This document shows positions 11,061 through 22,139 of a stretch of DNA of 64,000 nt, in pieces. Source of the stretch: Felis catus (lineage: Eukaryota); the NCBI RefSeq assembly GCF_018350175.1, contig NC_058385.1, positions 75,020,001 through 75,084,000 on the forward strand, written 5' to 3'. The notes beneath the pieces are model-generated. The model had not been told where the DNA came from and ran no database searches. It saw only the letters and a program-made list of their open reading frames with translations. Made by a program: the position numbers and the translations under genes. How positions within the stretch are numbered: position 1 is the first letter of the stretch; every line of letters begins with the position of its first letter.

Positions 11061-12843
11061 CTTGTTACTCTACCTCATGGTCTCTCCTGCAGGGAGAGTC
11101 TGAATTAACATGGGGGAAAGAGACCGAGAACACAGCTTGGATATCCAAATCACTGCAAAGATTCTCCCTCAAAGACACAAACATCTAGCAAAGGGAACAT
11201 TGTGACAGGAAAGAACAAGGTCAAGAGGCAAGGATAAGAACGCCCGTGCTACCTGCAGTCAGCACTCTCCTAAATAGCAGGAAAGAAAGCTAGCTAACGT
11301 TCATATTGCACTTGACATGTGGTTAGGTCTAGTCCATGTTTCGGTGCACGGGATAGAAACAAAGTGGAAATCATGTGTTCCGAGCGCACAGAGTGCGTGT
11401 GCGTTGCAAGGATAGAGTCTCACGGAGCCTGGCGTCCCAGTATTTAGCTGAATTTCAGAGAAGCTTTGGAAGTGGGTCTGAAGAGGAACTCAGGCCTCTA
11501 GCTCTCCTTTTTACTTCTCTCTGCTTGTCCATTTTAACCTCATCTCCCTCTGGAGGCAAGTTTCCCCTAATCTGCCATCTGTGGGACGGCCCCGGGCTGT
11601 CCCGGGACTTCCTGGCTGGCACGTTTCACAGAGCCTGACTTTCTGTCGCCACTTCCACTTACTGCCACCTGCAGATCTATGGCAAGAGAGTAACCGAATG
11701 GCTTGGTGGTGAAAAGCTGTCCACCCTGGCACACTCAATCCCGGATCTCCACGGGAGGGAACTAGAAAGCAAACAAGTTGGGAGCCCCTGGGGGAGGGCC
11801 CCGTGATGTACTGCCCAGATGTCCCCCATCAGCCCCCTCCTGACATCGTCCCACGGGCAGCCATGCCACCTTTATGGGGAAGGGGTCCCCTTCCCAGCTG
11901 GGAGGTCTCTGGATGTTCCTCTCGGCTCCTCGTGGGCTGCTGAGGCCTCTTTTGGCTTGAATCAGGGCTGAACTTCTTCCTGTCCCCAATCATACGTCCT
12001 TTGCTTCCATTCTGCAAACAGATCACTCCTGCACTCAGATTTTCGTCTGCATCTGCTTCCCGGAGAACCCAGCTCCTGACAGTTGGTTCTAGGAATTGCC
12101 TGAGAAAGAAGCTACTGAGATAAGATTCTGGAACTGGAAGCATCGCTGCCTGTCTGGGGCTAAAGGCCCCATCCCTGGGGGGCTGGTGGGGCCAGAGGCC
12201 CCCCGTGCTGGGCAACAGAACATTTGTTAATCTTTCACTGCCGGTGAGCTGGGACAGCCAGCAGTGGGAGGGGACACATGAGCCGGTGTGATGTAGGAGA
12301 CGTTTTACAAATACGGGGCGGAGAGTAAATATCAGGACAGTAGAATGGAGTGGTCTTGCTTAGCGCAATTGATACTCCGAGAGATGGAAATAAAACCTGA
12401 GAGTGATTAATTGGCAAGTGATAGCTAAGTGTGCAAGCCAGGGACCTCCTGCTTAACATGCAAAGAGACTCTCAAGTCCTACAACAAGAAGGCAGGGAAA
12501 GCTGAGGCCTTAATTATCAGAACACTCAAGCTCCAAAGAAAGCAAACTCCCCACGTAGGCAGGTTTGCTACGCCAAGGTCTCCGGGCCCTGGCCCGGAAA
12601 CATTTGGGTTGATACGTCCCCAAACCTGGACTCTCCAGATTCCTCTGAAGCTCTGGGCCCCTCATCCTCGATTAAGGCGCTAACATTTCCCCTCTGCTTG
12701 AAGAGGATGTGGAGGACTTGGCCCTGCAAGGGAACATCAGCTGCCCCCACGATTTGCATCCAGTGCTCCCCATCTCCTAGCTGCTGCGGGGTCACCCGCA
12801 GCCTTTGCTGGAACTTCAGAGTAATACAAATTCTCCCTTGGCC

Positions 12844-12993
12844 NNNNNNNNNNNNNNNNNNNNNNNNNNNNNNNNNNNNNNNNNNNNNNNNNNNNNNNNN
12901 NNNNNNNNNNNNNNNNNNNNNNNNNNNNNNNNNNNNNNNNNNNNNNNNNNNNNNNNNNNNNNNNNNNNNNNNNNNNNNNNNNNNNNNNNNNNN
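12844..12993. other. Assembly gap (150 N)
   Basis: Run of N. Confidence 1.
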
Positions 12994-13149
12994 TTTCCTG
13001 GTTAATGCATAATTTTAGAAGTGATTTGTTGGCAACGTGTCTAGGTTTGCAGGCAGAGAGAAAAAACGAGCTGATAGCTAGGAACTGTAACATGTAGTCG
13101 GAAACCTTTAGACGCTGTGTATAAAGGGGAGAGCCAAGTGTCCGTGAAT

Positions 13150-13330
13150 CGTCCATTCGCTCTTTGATTTATTCATTTCACAAACTTTTATTAAGCCTTT
13201 ATAGCGTGCCAGGCCCTAGGCTAGGTTATGAGGGATATAGCGAGGAACAAAGCTTAGATTCTGATTCTGAAATTTATGGTTGAGCAGAACAGATGACATG
13301 AAAACCATTTAGTCCAATAAATCATTTACA
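13150..13330 (-). mobile_element. L2 3' end
   Basis: attcatttcacaaactttattaagcc...gtgccaggccctaggctagg. Confidence 0.6.
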
Positions 13331-13665
13331 GGCAGATAAAGAATAGTTAAAGCTTCCATTTACAACCTAGGAGAATAACTGGGCACCATTTTCTGAAGAC
13401 ACAGGCCCGCAGGGCTGCTGTGCACCCCACCCCCCCGCCAGGGTCAGAAAAATTCTGGCATTATCTGAACGGGAATTGGCCATAAAACTGGTAACCCTTT
13501 CTTTCCCCGGTACGACTGGCCCTGGTGTGAGTCCACATATGGTGAGTAGTACTATGGCTCATATTTCAACAATGATTGCCAATGGCTTTGGTGCCTATAA
13601 CAGGCACAGGTGGCTTTCTGGGGCCAAGCAGGTTATGTTGGCAAACTTTCCTCTTTAATTTCTTT

Positions 13666-13740
13666 AAAATTAAACAAAATTAAATGTTTTATTCATTTTT
13701 GAGAGAGAGAGAGAGAGAGAGAGAGCATGAGCAGGGGAGG

Positions 13741-13780
<40 letters not shown>

Positions 13781-13914
13781 CACAGAATCCGAAGCAGGCT
13801 CCAGGCTCCGAGCTGTCAGCACAGAGTCCGACGCGGGGCTCGAACTCACGAACTGGGAGATCATGACCTGAGCCGGAGTCGGACGCTCCACCCACTGAGC
13901 CACCCAGGCGCCCC
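13666..13914 (-). mobile_element. Can-SINE
   Basis: Full length, long (GA)n; 17-bp TSD with 2 mismatches (tcctctttaatttcttt/tcctcttttacttcttt). Confidence 0.95.
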
Positions 13915-15109
13915 TCCTCTTTTACTTCTTTGTTTGGTGATGCTTTCCCTTGTCCAGTGGGATGAGACACAGGACCCCTCCACCAAAAACTGGGGAGAAG
14001 ACTATTGTGTTGGATGCTAGTAAAACATGAAGAGGTGATGCCTGGAGAAGGGATCCCCTTTTCTTTTTCTCTGTTTTCCAGCATGGGTTTTCCCAGCCCC
14101 CGGCACTCGAGAGCTGCCTTCCTACGCGGTGGGCGTGTTTAGCAGAAGTCCGTGGGGGAGGGGCAAACCCAGTAGGCTTCAAGGGAACATGGTGGAGAAG
14201 AGGAGGGTTACAGATAGAGAAGGAGGGTGGGGAGGGAGACGGTTCATAAACAACAAATGAGGACTTGTTTTCCACTAAAAATAGAAAGGAGAGTATGCAA
14301 TTAAATGGCTCTTGGTGGGAGGACAGCTTAATGTGTAAAGGAAACTGACAATCGGGTTTGTTATCAAAAGCTAGTAGGAAAGGGGGAAGGTGGGGAGTCA
14401 GGATCCAAGCTTCACTCCCTGCTCTGTTGTACAACCTCGCCCAGGGCTTGGCACAGAGTGGGAGCTTAGGACGTGTTCCTAAGTAAATTAATTAATGGCT
14501 GACTGACCGCATACCTAGCTTGTTGCCTCATACACCGCGTTCCAGCTGTTTCCAACCACATGTTAAACTCTTGTCATATTCTTCCAGCAACTGACATTTA
14601 TCACCTTGGTTTTCCCTCCCTGCAAATTTAGATACTTTGCCAACAGACTGATTAGAGAAATATGTATTAAACAGGCAAACAAACATAGCAGGGTGCGAAA
14701 GGAGGCACAATTCTTTTAAAGGGAGACATTTCTGGGTCTCAAAATCAGTGGCAAGGCCGTGGCTACGGAAATGATTTGATCTTCCAACCCTATGCCCTAC
14801 TTCATGGCATTGACGTTGGGACTAATTTACATTATGTATACGTAGATTTTCACCTCATTCCAGAGAACTAGAGTGGGTGAGGGAGGCCTGATTTTTAGGT
14901 GAGTATGGACACATAAAATCGTGTGTTTCAAATGTTGGCCATAGACGGGACTGCCCTTGCCCACAAAAGTCTATCAAAATTCTAGGAAAACAGAAGGCTG
15001 CCCCTGTCAGACCGCATGTTGCTGGGAGGTAGGAGCTAGGTTTTTTTTTTTTTTTTTTTTTTCCTCTTTACACTCCTAGTACCTAGCAGGTAAGAGATTC
15101 TCAATAAAT

Positions 15110-15250
15110 ATTTGTTTTTTAACTCGCCGATTCACCACGTGGCTCAGTTTCCGCATTTGTAAATTGGGCTACGATGTTCCTGAGCTCGCGAGTCTCGTGA
15201 GGATAAGAGTAACACAGGGCAGGTGCCACAGAGGGCTTCTGGCACAAGGG
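15110..15250 (+). mobile_element. MIR fragment
   Basis: ctcagtttccgcatttgtaaattggg core. Confidence 0.6.
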
Positions 15251-15274
15251 AGGGTCCCCACATATTACAGCCAC

Positions 15275-15885
15275 GTTTTATGGGCTGAACTAGGCCCACC
15301 CATGCCCCAAAGTCATACATTGAAGCCCCTAGCCTGCACTACCCTTAGTATGGGGCTGTATTTGGGAAGAGAGTCTTTAAAGAGATATATTGAGGTAAAA
15401 TAAGGTCTTCAGGATGGGCCCTAATCGAATATGACTGGTGTCCTTATAAAAAGAGGAAGTCGGGACATACAGCCACCAGACAGTGGAAAACACGGAGAAA
15501 TGGCCATCCACGAGTCAAGGAGAGTGGCCTCAGAAGAAACCAACGTTGCCGGCATGCTGTTCCTGGACTTCCAGCCCCCAGAGCTGTGAACGAGGAATCT
15601 CCATTAGTTAAGCCACCCAAGCTGTGGGGGTTTTGACAATTTTGTTTACATTTATTTATTTTTGAGAGACAGAGAGAGACAGAGGGGGAGGGGCAGAGAG
15701 AGAATGAGAATGAGACACAGAATCCAAAGTAGGTTCCAGGCTCTGAGCCGTCAGCACAGAGCCCGACGCCGGGCTCGAACTCACGAACCGTGAGATCATG
15801 ACCTGAGCCGAAGTCGGAAGCTCAACCGACTGAGCCGCCCAGGGGCCCCTGTGGTATTTTGTTAACGCAGGCCAGAGATTACTAT
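15275..15885 (+). mobile_element. MLT1A/B MaLR LTR interrupted by a SINE
   Basis: tatgggctgaa..., ccctaatcgaatatgactggtgtccttataaaaagagg, ctggacttccagcccccagagctgtga, gttaagccaccca. Confidence 0.88.
15632..15849 (-). mobile_element. Can-SINE
   Basis: Reverse-complement SINE; ctgtgg flanks both sides. Confidence 0.93.
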
Positions 15886-15949
15886 GGTTATGGTCATACG
15901 TGTGGGAAGAGCCTACTCCAGCTCCATAAAAGCAGGCTTATGTTTCTTA

Positions 15950-16185
15950 ATATTAAATTTTTTTTTTATGTTTGTTTATTTTTGAGAGAGAGAGAGACAC
16001 AGACAGAGTGTGAGCAGGGGAGGGGCCGAGAGAGAGAGAGAGAGAAAGAGAGACAGGATCCGAAGCACGTTCCAGACTCTGAGCTGTCAGCACAGAGCCT
16101 GACGCGGGGCTCGAACTCACGAACTGCAGGATCATGACCTGAGCCGAAGTCGGACGCTTCACTGACCGAGCTACCCAGATGTCCG
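15950..16185 (-). mobile_element. Can-SINE
   Basis: Reverse-complement SINE with degenerate TSD. Confidence 0.92.
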
Positions 16186-16825
16186 ATATGCCTCTTAACA
16201 ATGATGTATGTCAGGTTTTTAATCTTTTCTGTACACGACTTTTTACTGGTGTAAATGCCGGTTCAGAGTGGGATTAAGATGTCATCACAAGCAATCCGGA
16301 TCCTAGTGCATAAACACACACATGCTGAGTCTGCTCTCCCTACCCTGAAACCCCACCCCCCACCCAGATGGGCTGAGTCCTACTTCCTGCAGCCACGACC
16401 CGCCGGGTGAGTCCCCACCCTCTGGCTCTGAGGGTGTTAGGACGCAGCCACAGCAAAGCAAGAGGACAGGACAGGGACTGAGGGCACGTGCCTCACTTGG
16501 AAAGTAAAAGCCACCTGTCAACTAGGGGAGAGGAAACGTGTAGATTCAGAGACTGAGTCAGTTCAGAGAACACTACATCCCCAGACTCTTCAATTTGCAG
16601 AGCGCTTTGAGAATATTTGTTTGAAACTCACTTTCCTTAGTGTCTATGGCCTGCCAGATCCTGCTTTGGGAATCTGGGGAGGGTTGTAGCCCCTTTGCTC
16701 TGGGGAAGGCCCTGCACACACACGCAGGAATCACCCTCAACCTCGAGGATTGCTGCATCCCCTGAAGTTCAGCCCCGTCACCGGCAGCTGCAGGGCCCCG
16801 GATGGGAGCACCTCCCAAACATACA

Positions 16826-16827
<2 letters not shown>

Positions 16828-16869
<42 letters not shown>
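16828..16869. repeat. (GT)n microsatellite
   Basis: Direct reading. Confidence 0.95.
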
Positions 16870-16871
<2 letters not shown>

Positions 16872-17669
16872 TAGGAGCTGGGGCCACTTGGGGTGGGTGG
16901 AGACGTGTTGCCATGTCACGGGCTGAGGTGACCGGTGTGCAGATACTCCAAGTCAGCTGGGACAGCAGGGAAAGTGCCTGGTGGTTCTTTCTATCTCAGG
17001 GATGGGCCAGAGCAGCCCGTTTGCTCCTCTTTCCCAAGCCCTTGGCACATCTCCTCTGAAAACAATAGGGATTTTCGGTTGCTCGGGTTGTAGGACTTTG
17101 GGACCCTCCCCACTACAGAGCTGAATTTCTTTTGAATTTCTTTTGTGTTTCACCTACCGGAGTTGAGGAGCTCGATGCCCTCATTCTCATCCCAGACTGG
17201 AGGACAGACCGCTTTCTGCTCTATCCCTCGCCGAAAGGTCTGGGGGTTGAGATGAGAAGAAGTCAAAGATATGATGCCAAAACCCTCAGGCCCCAGGGGC
17301 GGCCTTGTGGGAATATTAGTGGCGTCCAGATCTGACCTCAGCTGGAGCCCCTGGGGCGGGGGTTACCCAGAGCTAGGCTCTTTGCAAGCCGGAGCCCATC
17401 CTGAAGGGGCCACCCTCCAAGCCTGGGGACTACAACTTGTTCAGCCAACCTCGTTCAAATTCTGAAGACCTCTCAGGTGGGAGAATGAATCCGGACTTAT
17501 TCACCGGGGACCCGAGGACCGGACAAGGACAAGCACGTGTGTTACAGCGTGTGGCCCACACAAGGGGCACCGTGTTGAGTCACCCGGCACGGGGCTTGAG
17601 GTCTGGCCGGAGCACCTGTCCCAGTGGGTGATTTAGATCCCAATTAGGATTTCAGGTGGAACCCTGGTC

Positions 17670-18022
17670 GTGTCAGCTGGGAAATCTCAGCCTGGGCTGG
17701 GGCCATAGACTCACTTCCGCGGCAGGCGCAGCAGGCTGAAGGCATGGAGGGCATCAAGGTTCTGCCCGCCCTCGCTCGGGACTGTTTGGGTCACAAGGCA
17801 CGGCTGACCCTTCTCGGGAAGAGCCTCTGGGTCTACTGTTAAGCAAACTGAGGGTAGTTGCGGTCAACTTTTTTTTTTTTTTCTTTTCACGCAAGCGTTT
17901 TCCCACTTCCCAAAGTTCTGGGCTTTAGGGTTCAATGACTGGGGTTAGGTAATCAGAAAGGAGCCAGTCCGTGCGTCACGCCCGTGTCTTCTGACATCCT
18001 CAGCTCTGTGACCCCAGTAAGT
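17670..18022. promoter_or_regulatory. Candidate divergent promoter or enhancer
   Basis: Repeat-free; kB-like GGGAAATCTC 17679, ETS CACTTCCG 17712 and CACTTCCC 17904, T14 at 17869-17882, XRE core CACGCAA 17888, CRE half-site TGCGTCA 17972; outward-facing donors GTGAGT (minus, 17714-17709) and GTAAGT (plus, 18017). Motif-based only. Confidence 0.4.
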
Positions 18023-18294
18023 CTCTCTTAACATCCCCAGTATTACTGAGGCAGTGGAATGGCCCCCATAGTGAAGAGGGACAGTGAACTTGCCTTGCAG
18101 TCATTTTTATAAGCTCCTTTATGAATAGGAACAATGTCCACCTTACGATTTTACATTCCACTTTAATAAGGATGGAGTTGCCGTGGGCGATTTTGAATGA
18201 GAAAGTCTTGTCTTCTGACTACACTGAGTCTTTCTGGCAACAGCCCTGCTCTGTTTCCTGGCTCTTCACAAGATTAAATTAACTTTCTCCACAG

Positions 18295-18538
18295 TTCATC
18301 TCCTAACCCTCCTTGGGCAGCAACCCAGATGGACAGATCAAAGATTTGCAGAAATTCTGGCTCTCAAAGGGTTTTAGAAGCTCCTCGGCAAAGTACAGAA
18401 ATCCTGGAAACAGCAGGACGGACCCGTGGATGATCTAGTCTCTGCTTGAATGCGGCCAGGGATGGGTCTCCAGGGAAATTCCTCCCTGCGCCGAGCAGAG
18501 TGAAATGCACCAGGCAAAGTGGTTTGGGAGACAAATAT
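18295..18538 (+). other. Candidate 244-nt exon
   Basis: Acceptor ttaactttctccacag, donor aat/gtgagt; contains kB site GGGAAATTCC 18473-18482 and a 34-codon ORF at 18329-18433. Confidence 0.3.
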
Positions 18539-19414
18539 GTGAGTTCAGTCTGATTGCGATGGTTACGTTTATTTTATTCTTATTATTTTCAAGTTTATTT
18601 AAAGTTTTGTAGGTGAGGAAGGCCCAAAGGGAGGCCCAGACTGGGTAAAATCTCCAGGGTCCCTCCGGGTCTCAGTGGCAGAGCAAACATCTTGGCAGTT
18701 TGACTCTAACGCTGGCGTTTCCACTGGGATGGGAGGCACTGTGGCCGTTCTCATCCTTGGCCTTGGCCGGACACTCCTGGAACCTGGGCAATGTCCGCTA
18801 GACTGGGTGCCACAGGACGAGCCAGGACTGGTCTTGGGCTTGAGGATCTGAGCCTCCCTGTGTCGTCAGAGAGCCCTAATGCACAGCACGAAGTCTCCTG
18901 GCTGTTGTTACCAGATGGTTGGCTAGTCCGAGACAGCAGACGTCCGAAGGAAGGCTTGCTAGAAGGCCTTGCTTCTTCTGTCCTGAGTTTCCCTGCCTGT
19001 AAACTGAGGAGGCTGGGCAGTCTGGTTCAGCCCGGATGGGCTGTGAGTCTACAGTCTTAGAAATGGAAGACAGAGAAAACCCAGAGAAAGGCCAGTTCCT
19101 GCTTCCCTCGGTCCACCACTGAGCCTCTGTCATGCACGGTTTCTGGGCTGATAAGGGTCAGGGGCCAACATGGTGATACGTTTCCTCTCATGGGACCTCA
19201 AACTGGTGGGCTGACGTTGCATTGAGTGGACGTTGAAAGAATTTTGAGGCTACCCTTAGGCCCAGGGCGAAAAGTTTTGTGGGTGCCCGATTTGGAGGTT
19301 GAAGCACACACACCACATGGTAGTCAACTGTAGCCAGTAGAGGAACACTCATCAGTTCTAGAGAACGGAAAGATTTGGATTCTCGTTGGCCTTGAATCAG
19401 TTCTTCCCTGTGTG

Positions 19415-19595
19415 AACTCCAGGTGCTCTTATACCCGCAAAGCATACTTCGTGGATGGATAGATAGAAGGAGTCCTTTCGATATGAAAAAAACAGTGCTC
19501 AGAGAGGTTGGGTAACTTGCCCAAGGCCACACAGCTGGAGCGTGATGCATCCAGCACTCAAATCCAGACGTGTCCAAGTCCAATTTGGGTTCCTT
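19415..19595 (-). mobile_element. MIR
   Basis: cagagaggttgggtaacttgcccaaggccacacagctgg...actcaaatccag. Confidence 0.8.
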
Positions 19596-19638
19596 CTGTG
19601 CACTAGAGCGCTCTGACCTTCATGTTCCTCTCTGGCAG

Positions 19639-19684
19639 ATGCCGAGTTGAAAACTGGACGCGTTGTTTTAAACACAAAAAATCG
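19639..19684 (+). other. Candidate 46-nt exon
   Basis: Acceptor catgttcctctctggcag, donor tcg/gtaagc. Confidence 0.25.
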
Positions 19685-20094
19685 GTAAGCAACAATTCAT
19701 TTGCAACTGCTTTTAAAAGGGTTTCCCAGTTAAGGATAATCCTCCCGATTTGAAAATGAAAATCGTACACACAGTTACAGGAACACCCATCGGGCCTTTC
19801 CATATTTGTTCCTGAATTTGAAAGGGAGAAGCTCTGGAGGGCTACTCTTGAGGTTTGAAAAGGTGACCTCAGGCCTTTCCTGAGATTAGTGCAAAGGAGA
19901 CAGGGGTGAAGTGTTTTCGTTCAGGCGATTGGAGCTGACAGGGGCCACCACCTCTGGGCCACTTTAGCTATAAGCCTCTAGGCTTTTGACGGCCACAGTG
20001 CCTTCAGGCAGAGGAAGGGTTAAATTTGTCTCTAACTACAAAGCAGGAAAATCCCACAGTGGATTCAGCAAAACACACATCCTCCTCCAGCCAT

Positions 20095-20270
20095 CTATTT
20101 TTTTTTTCCCAATGCTTATTCATTTGAGAAAAACAGAGAGGTGGGGGGCAGCGCGAGAGGGGGGCAGAGCATCTGAAGCGAGCCCGACGCGGGGCTCGAA
20201 CTCCCGAACCGAGAGATCGTGACCTGAGCTGAAGTCGGGCGCTCGACCGACTGAGCCACCCAGGCGCTCC
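20095..20270 (-). mobile_element. Internally deleted Can-SINE
   Basis: About 28 nt missing between gaagc and gagccc; degenerate TSD tcca---tctatt. Confidence 0.88.
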
Positions 20271-20805
20271 TCCACTGGTCTATTCTGACATTGCCTGCGA
20301 CTTATTATTTTTATCCCTTCCCAGTGTCTAATGTATGGCATGTCACCTGGCGAAATGAGAAGCAAGTCGAAATGAGAAAGCTACTAACTAGTGCCCAAGG
20401 GTATATAGTCCTTAATCTATTCCCTTCACGCACAGAGCTCTTGAAGAGACATTTTGTGGGTCTTTGTTTTCAGATGTGGTCTGGGCACGGGCAGGTGATA
20501 GCCCTGAAAGTGGAAGGGCCCCGGGTGATGTTGTTAAGATCACTGGACTGAATTCTGTGAAGGGGGGGGGGGATGGGCTGTGTCAGGTTCACGTCGCACA
20601 CGGGCCATTCTAGCTGAGTGTGGAGTCTGGAGTCTGCAGCACAAGGCTGGAGGCAGGGAGGCCGTCAGAAAGCCAACGGAAAAATGTTTTTCTGCTCAAC
20701 CTTCTAAAAGGGCAGGGATTGTGCCTACTCGTTCATCCCAGTGTCTCTAGGGTCGAATGATGTAATTTCAGTATTTCCCCACTCCCAATGGAAAGGTTAA
20801 ATTTC

Positions 20806-21029
20806 TTTTTTTTTTATTTTTTTTTTAATGTTTATTTATTTTTGAGACAGAGAGAGACAGAGCATGAATGGGGGAGGGTCAGAGAGAGAGGGAGACACAG
20901 AATCTGCAACAGGCTCCAGGCTCTGAGCGGTCAGCACAGAGCCCGACGGGGGGCTCGAACTCACGGACTGCGAGATCGTGACCTGAGCTGAAGTCGGACG
21001 CTTAACCGACTGAGCCACCCAGGCGCCCC
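20806..21029 (-). mobile_element. Can-SINE
   Basis: Full length; TSD gaaaggttaa(a/g)tttc at 20791-20805 and 21032-21046. Confidence 0.96.
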
Positions 21030-21049
21030 AAGAAAGGTTAAGTTTCAAG

Positions 21050-21330
21050 CAGAGCCTTGGTAGAGAGAATTGAAAGAAGGGGAAAGATTTGATAAATACG
21101 GGATAAAAGTGGAGAGGCCTTGGTAATTGCTAGAATCAGGGTGTGAGGGCAGGAAGGAGTCTGAGATGTCTCTGGCCTTCTGGCCTGAGGACTAAGGACG
21201 AGACAACTCTTCGCTGAGTGAGGTGAGGGCAGATTCGGGGGCGATGACGTTGGGTCAGGATGGGGTTGAGATGCCTGTGAACAGGCAGATGGGGATGTCT
21301 TAGGGGAGACCCCCTGAGCAGCAGGTCCTT
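21050..21330 (-). mobile_element. L2 fragment
   Basis: gggtgtgagggcaggaaggagtctgagatg..., gggtcaggatggggttgagatgcctgtgaaca. Confidence 0.6.
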
Positions 21331-21529
21331 CCCTGGTCCTTGCCTTCATCCAGGGAACTCTTCCTTACCTTGGACCCCAGGACTACCTCACTTTCCCAGG
21401 GAAACCTTTCCTGGACCCAGGTTGGTCAGTGGGGTTGACTGGCCTCAACTCCCTTCCTTCCGGCCGTGGCTCTCAGTTCGCAGCTGACCCTCACGATTAT
21501 GGTTAATCGATTACTGGCTGTCACCCCTC

Positions 21530-21670
21530 TAGAAGGTCAGCTTCATAAGGGCCGGGACAGTGTCTCTTTCTGGTCACCAGTGAATTCCTAGTAACGAGTA
21601 CCATGCCCGGAACGTAGCAGACACTCAACAAATAATTGGTGAACGAACGAGTAAGTGAATAAATGAGTAC
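21530..21670 (+). mobile_element. L2 3' end
   Basis: gccgggacagtgtctct...gtagcagacactcaacaaataattggtgaacgaacga. Confidence 0.65.
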
Positions 21671-21899
21671 ACGCCTTTGTAAAGAAACGAGGGCAGAAAC
21701 GAACAAGCGTCAGGACTCTCTCTCTTCAAACACGATACGATTTGAGTCACGACTGGCTTCCCAAATGGAATCGGAGAGGCAGGTTCGTAGAGCGGGAGTA
21801 ACGGGAATTCCTGGGCTTGAACCCACGTGTCTGCCCTATGGTAGGTTCTTGGTAACTACTTGTGGAAGTATTCCTGGCTTTCTCATCATCTTTCTGAAT

Positions 21900-22050
21900 G
21901 TCTTCAGGTGAGGAATACACCCTTTTGGGGCCTCAATTTTCTTATTTGTCAAAATGAGGACATCTATCACCACTTCCCTGTGAAAAACTGAGAATCGAAG
22001 AGATAACTTGTATCAACACCATGCAACTGGGCTAAGCGTGTAATCAAAGG
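21900..22050 (+). mobile_element. MIR fragment
   Basis: gcctcaattttcttatttgtcaaaatgagg core. Confidence 0.6.
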
Positions 22051-22116
22051 CCCCAAGAGTTTACAAAGGAAAATAAGGAAGCAATGAGTATAGCGTCAAG
22101 AAGCCCCAGGTCCCTC

Positions 22117-22139
22117 CACACACACACACACACACACAC
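22117..22139. repeat. (CA)n microsatellite
   Basis: Direct reading. Confidence 0.9.

Noticed and set aside
12698-13156. ORFs containing X runs
   Set aside because: Artefacts of reading through the N gap
14180-14830. Repeat-free AT-rich block that looks like a conserved enhancer
   Set aside because: No specific motif cluster or structure that I can support without an alignment
19188-19583. 131-aa ORF
   Set aside because: N-terminal half is the standard MIR translation (AVWPWASY..SLS)
17670-19690. Assigning a gene name to the candidate promoter and exons
   Set aside because: I do not recognise the sequence; naming it would be a guess
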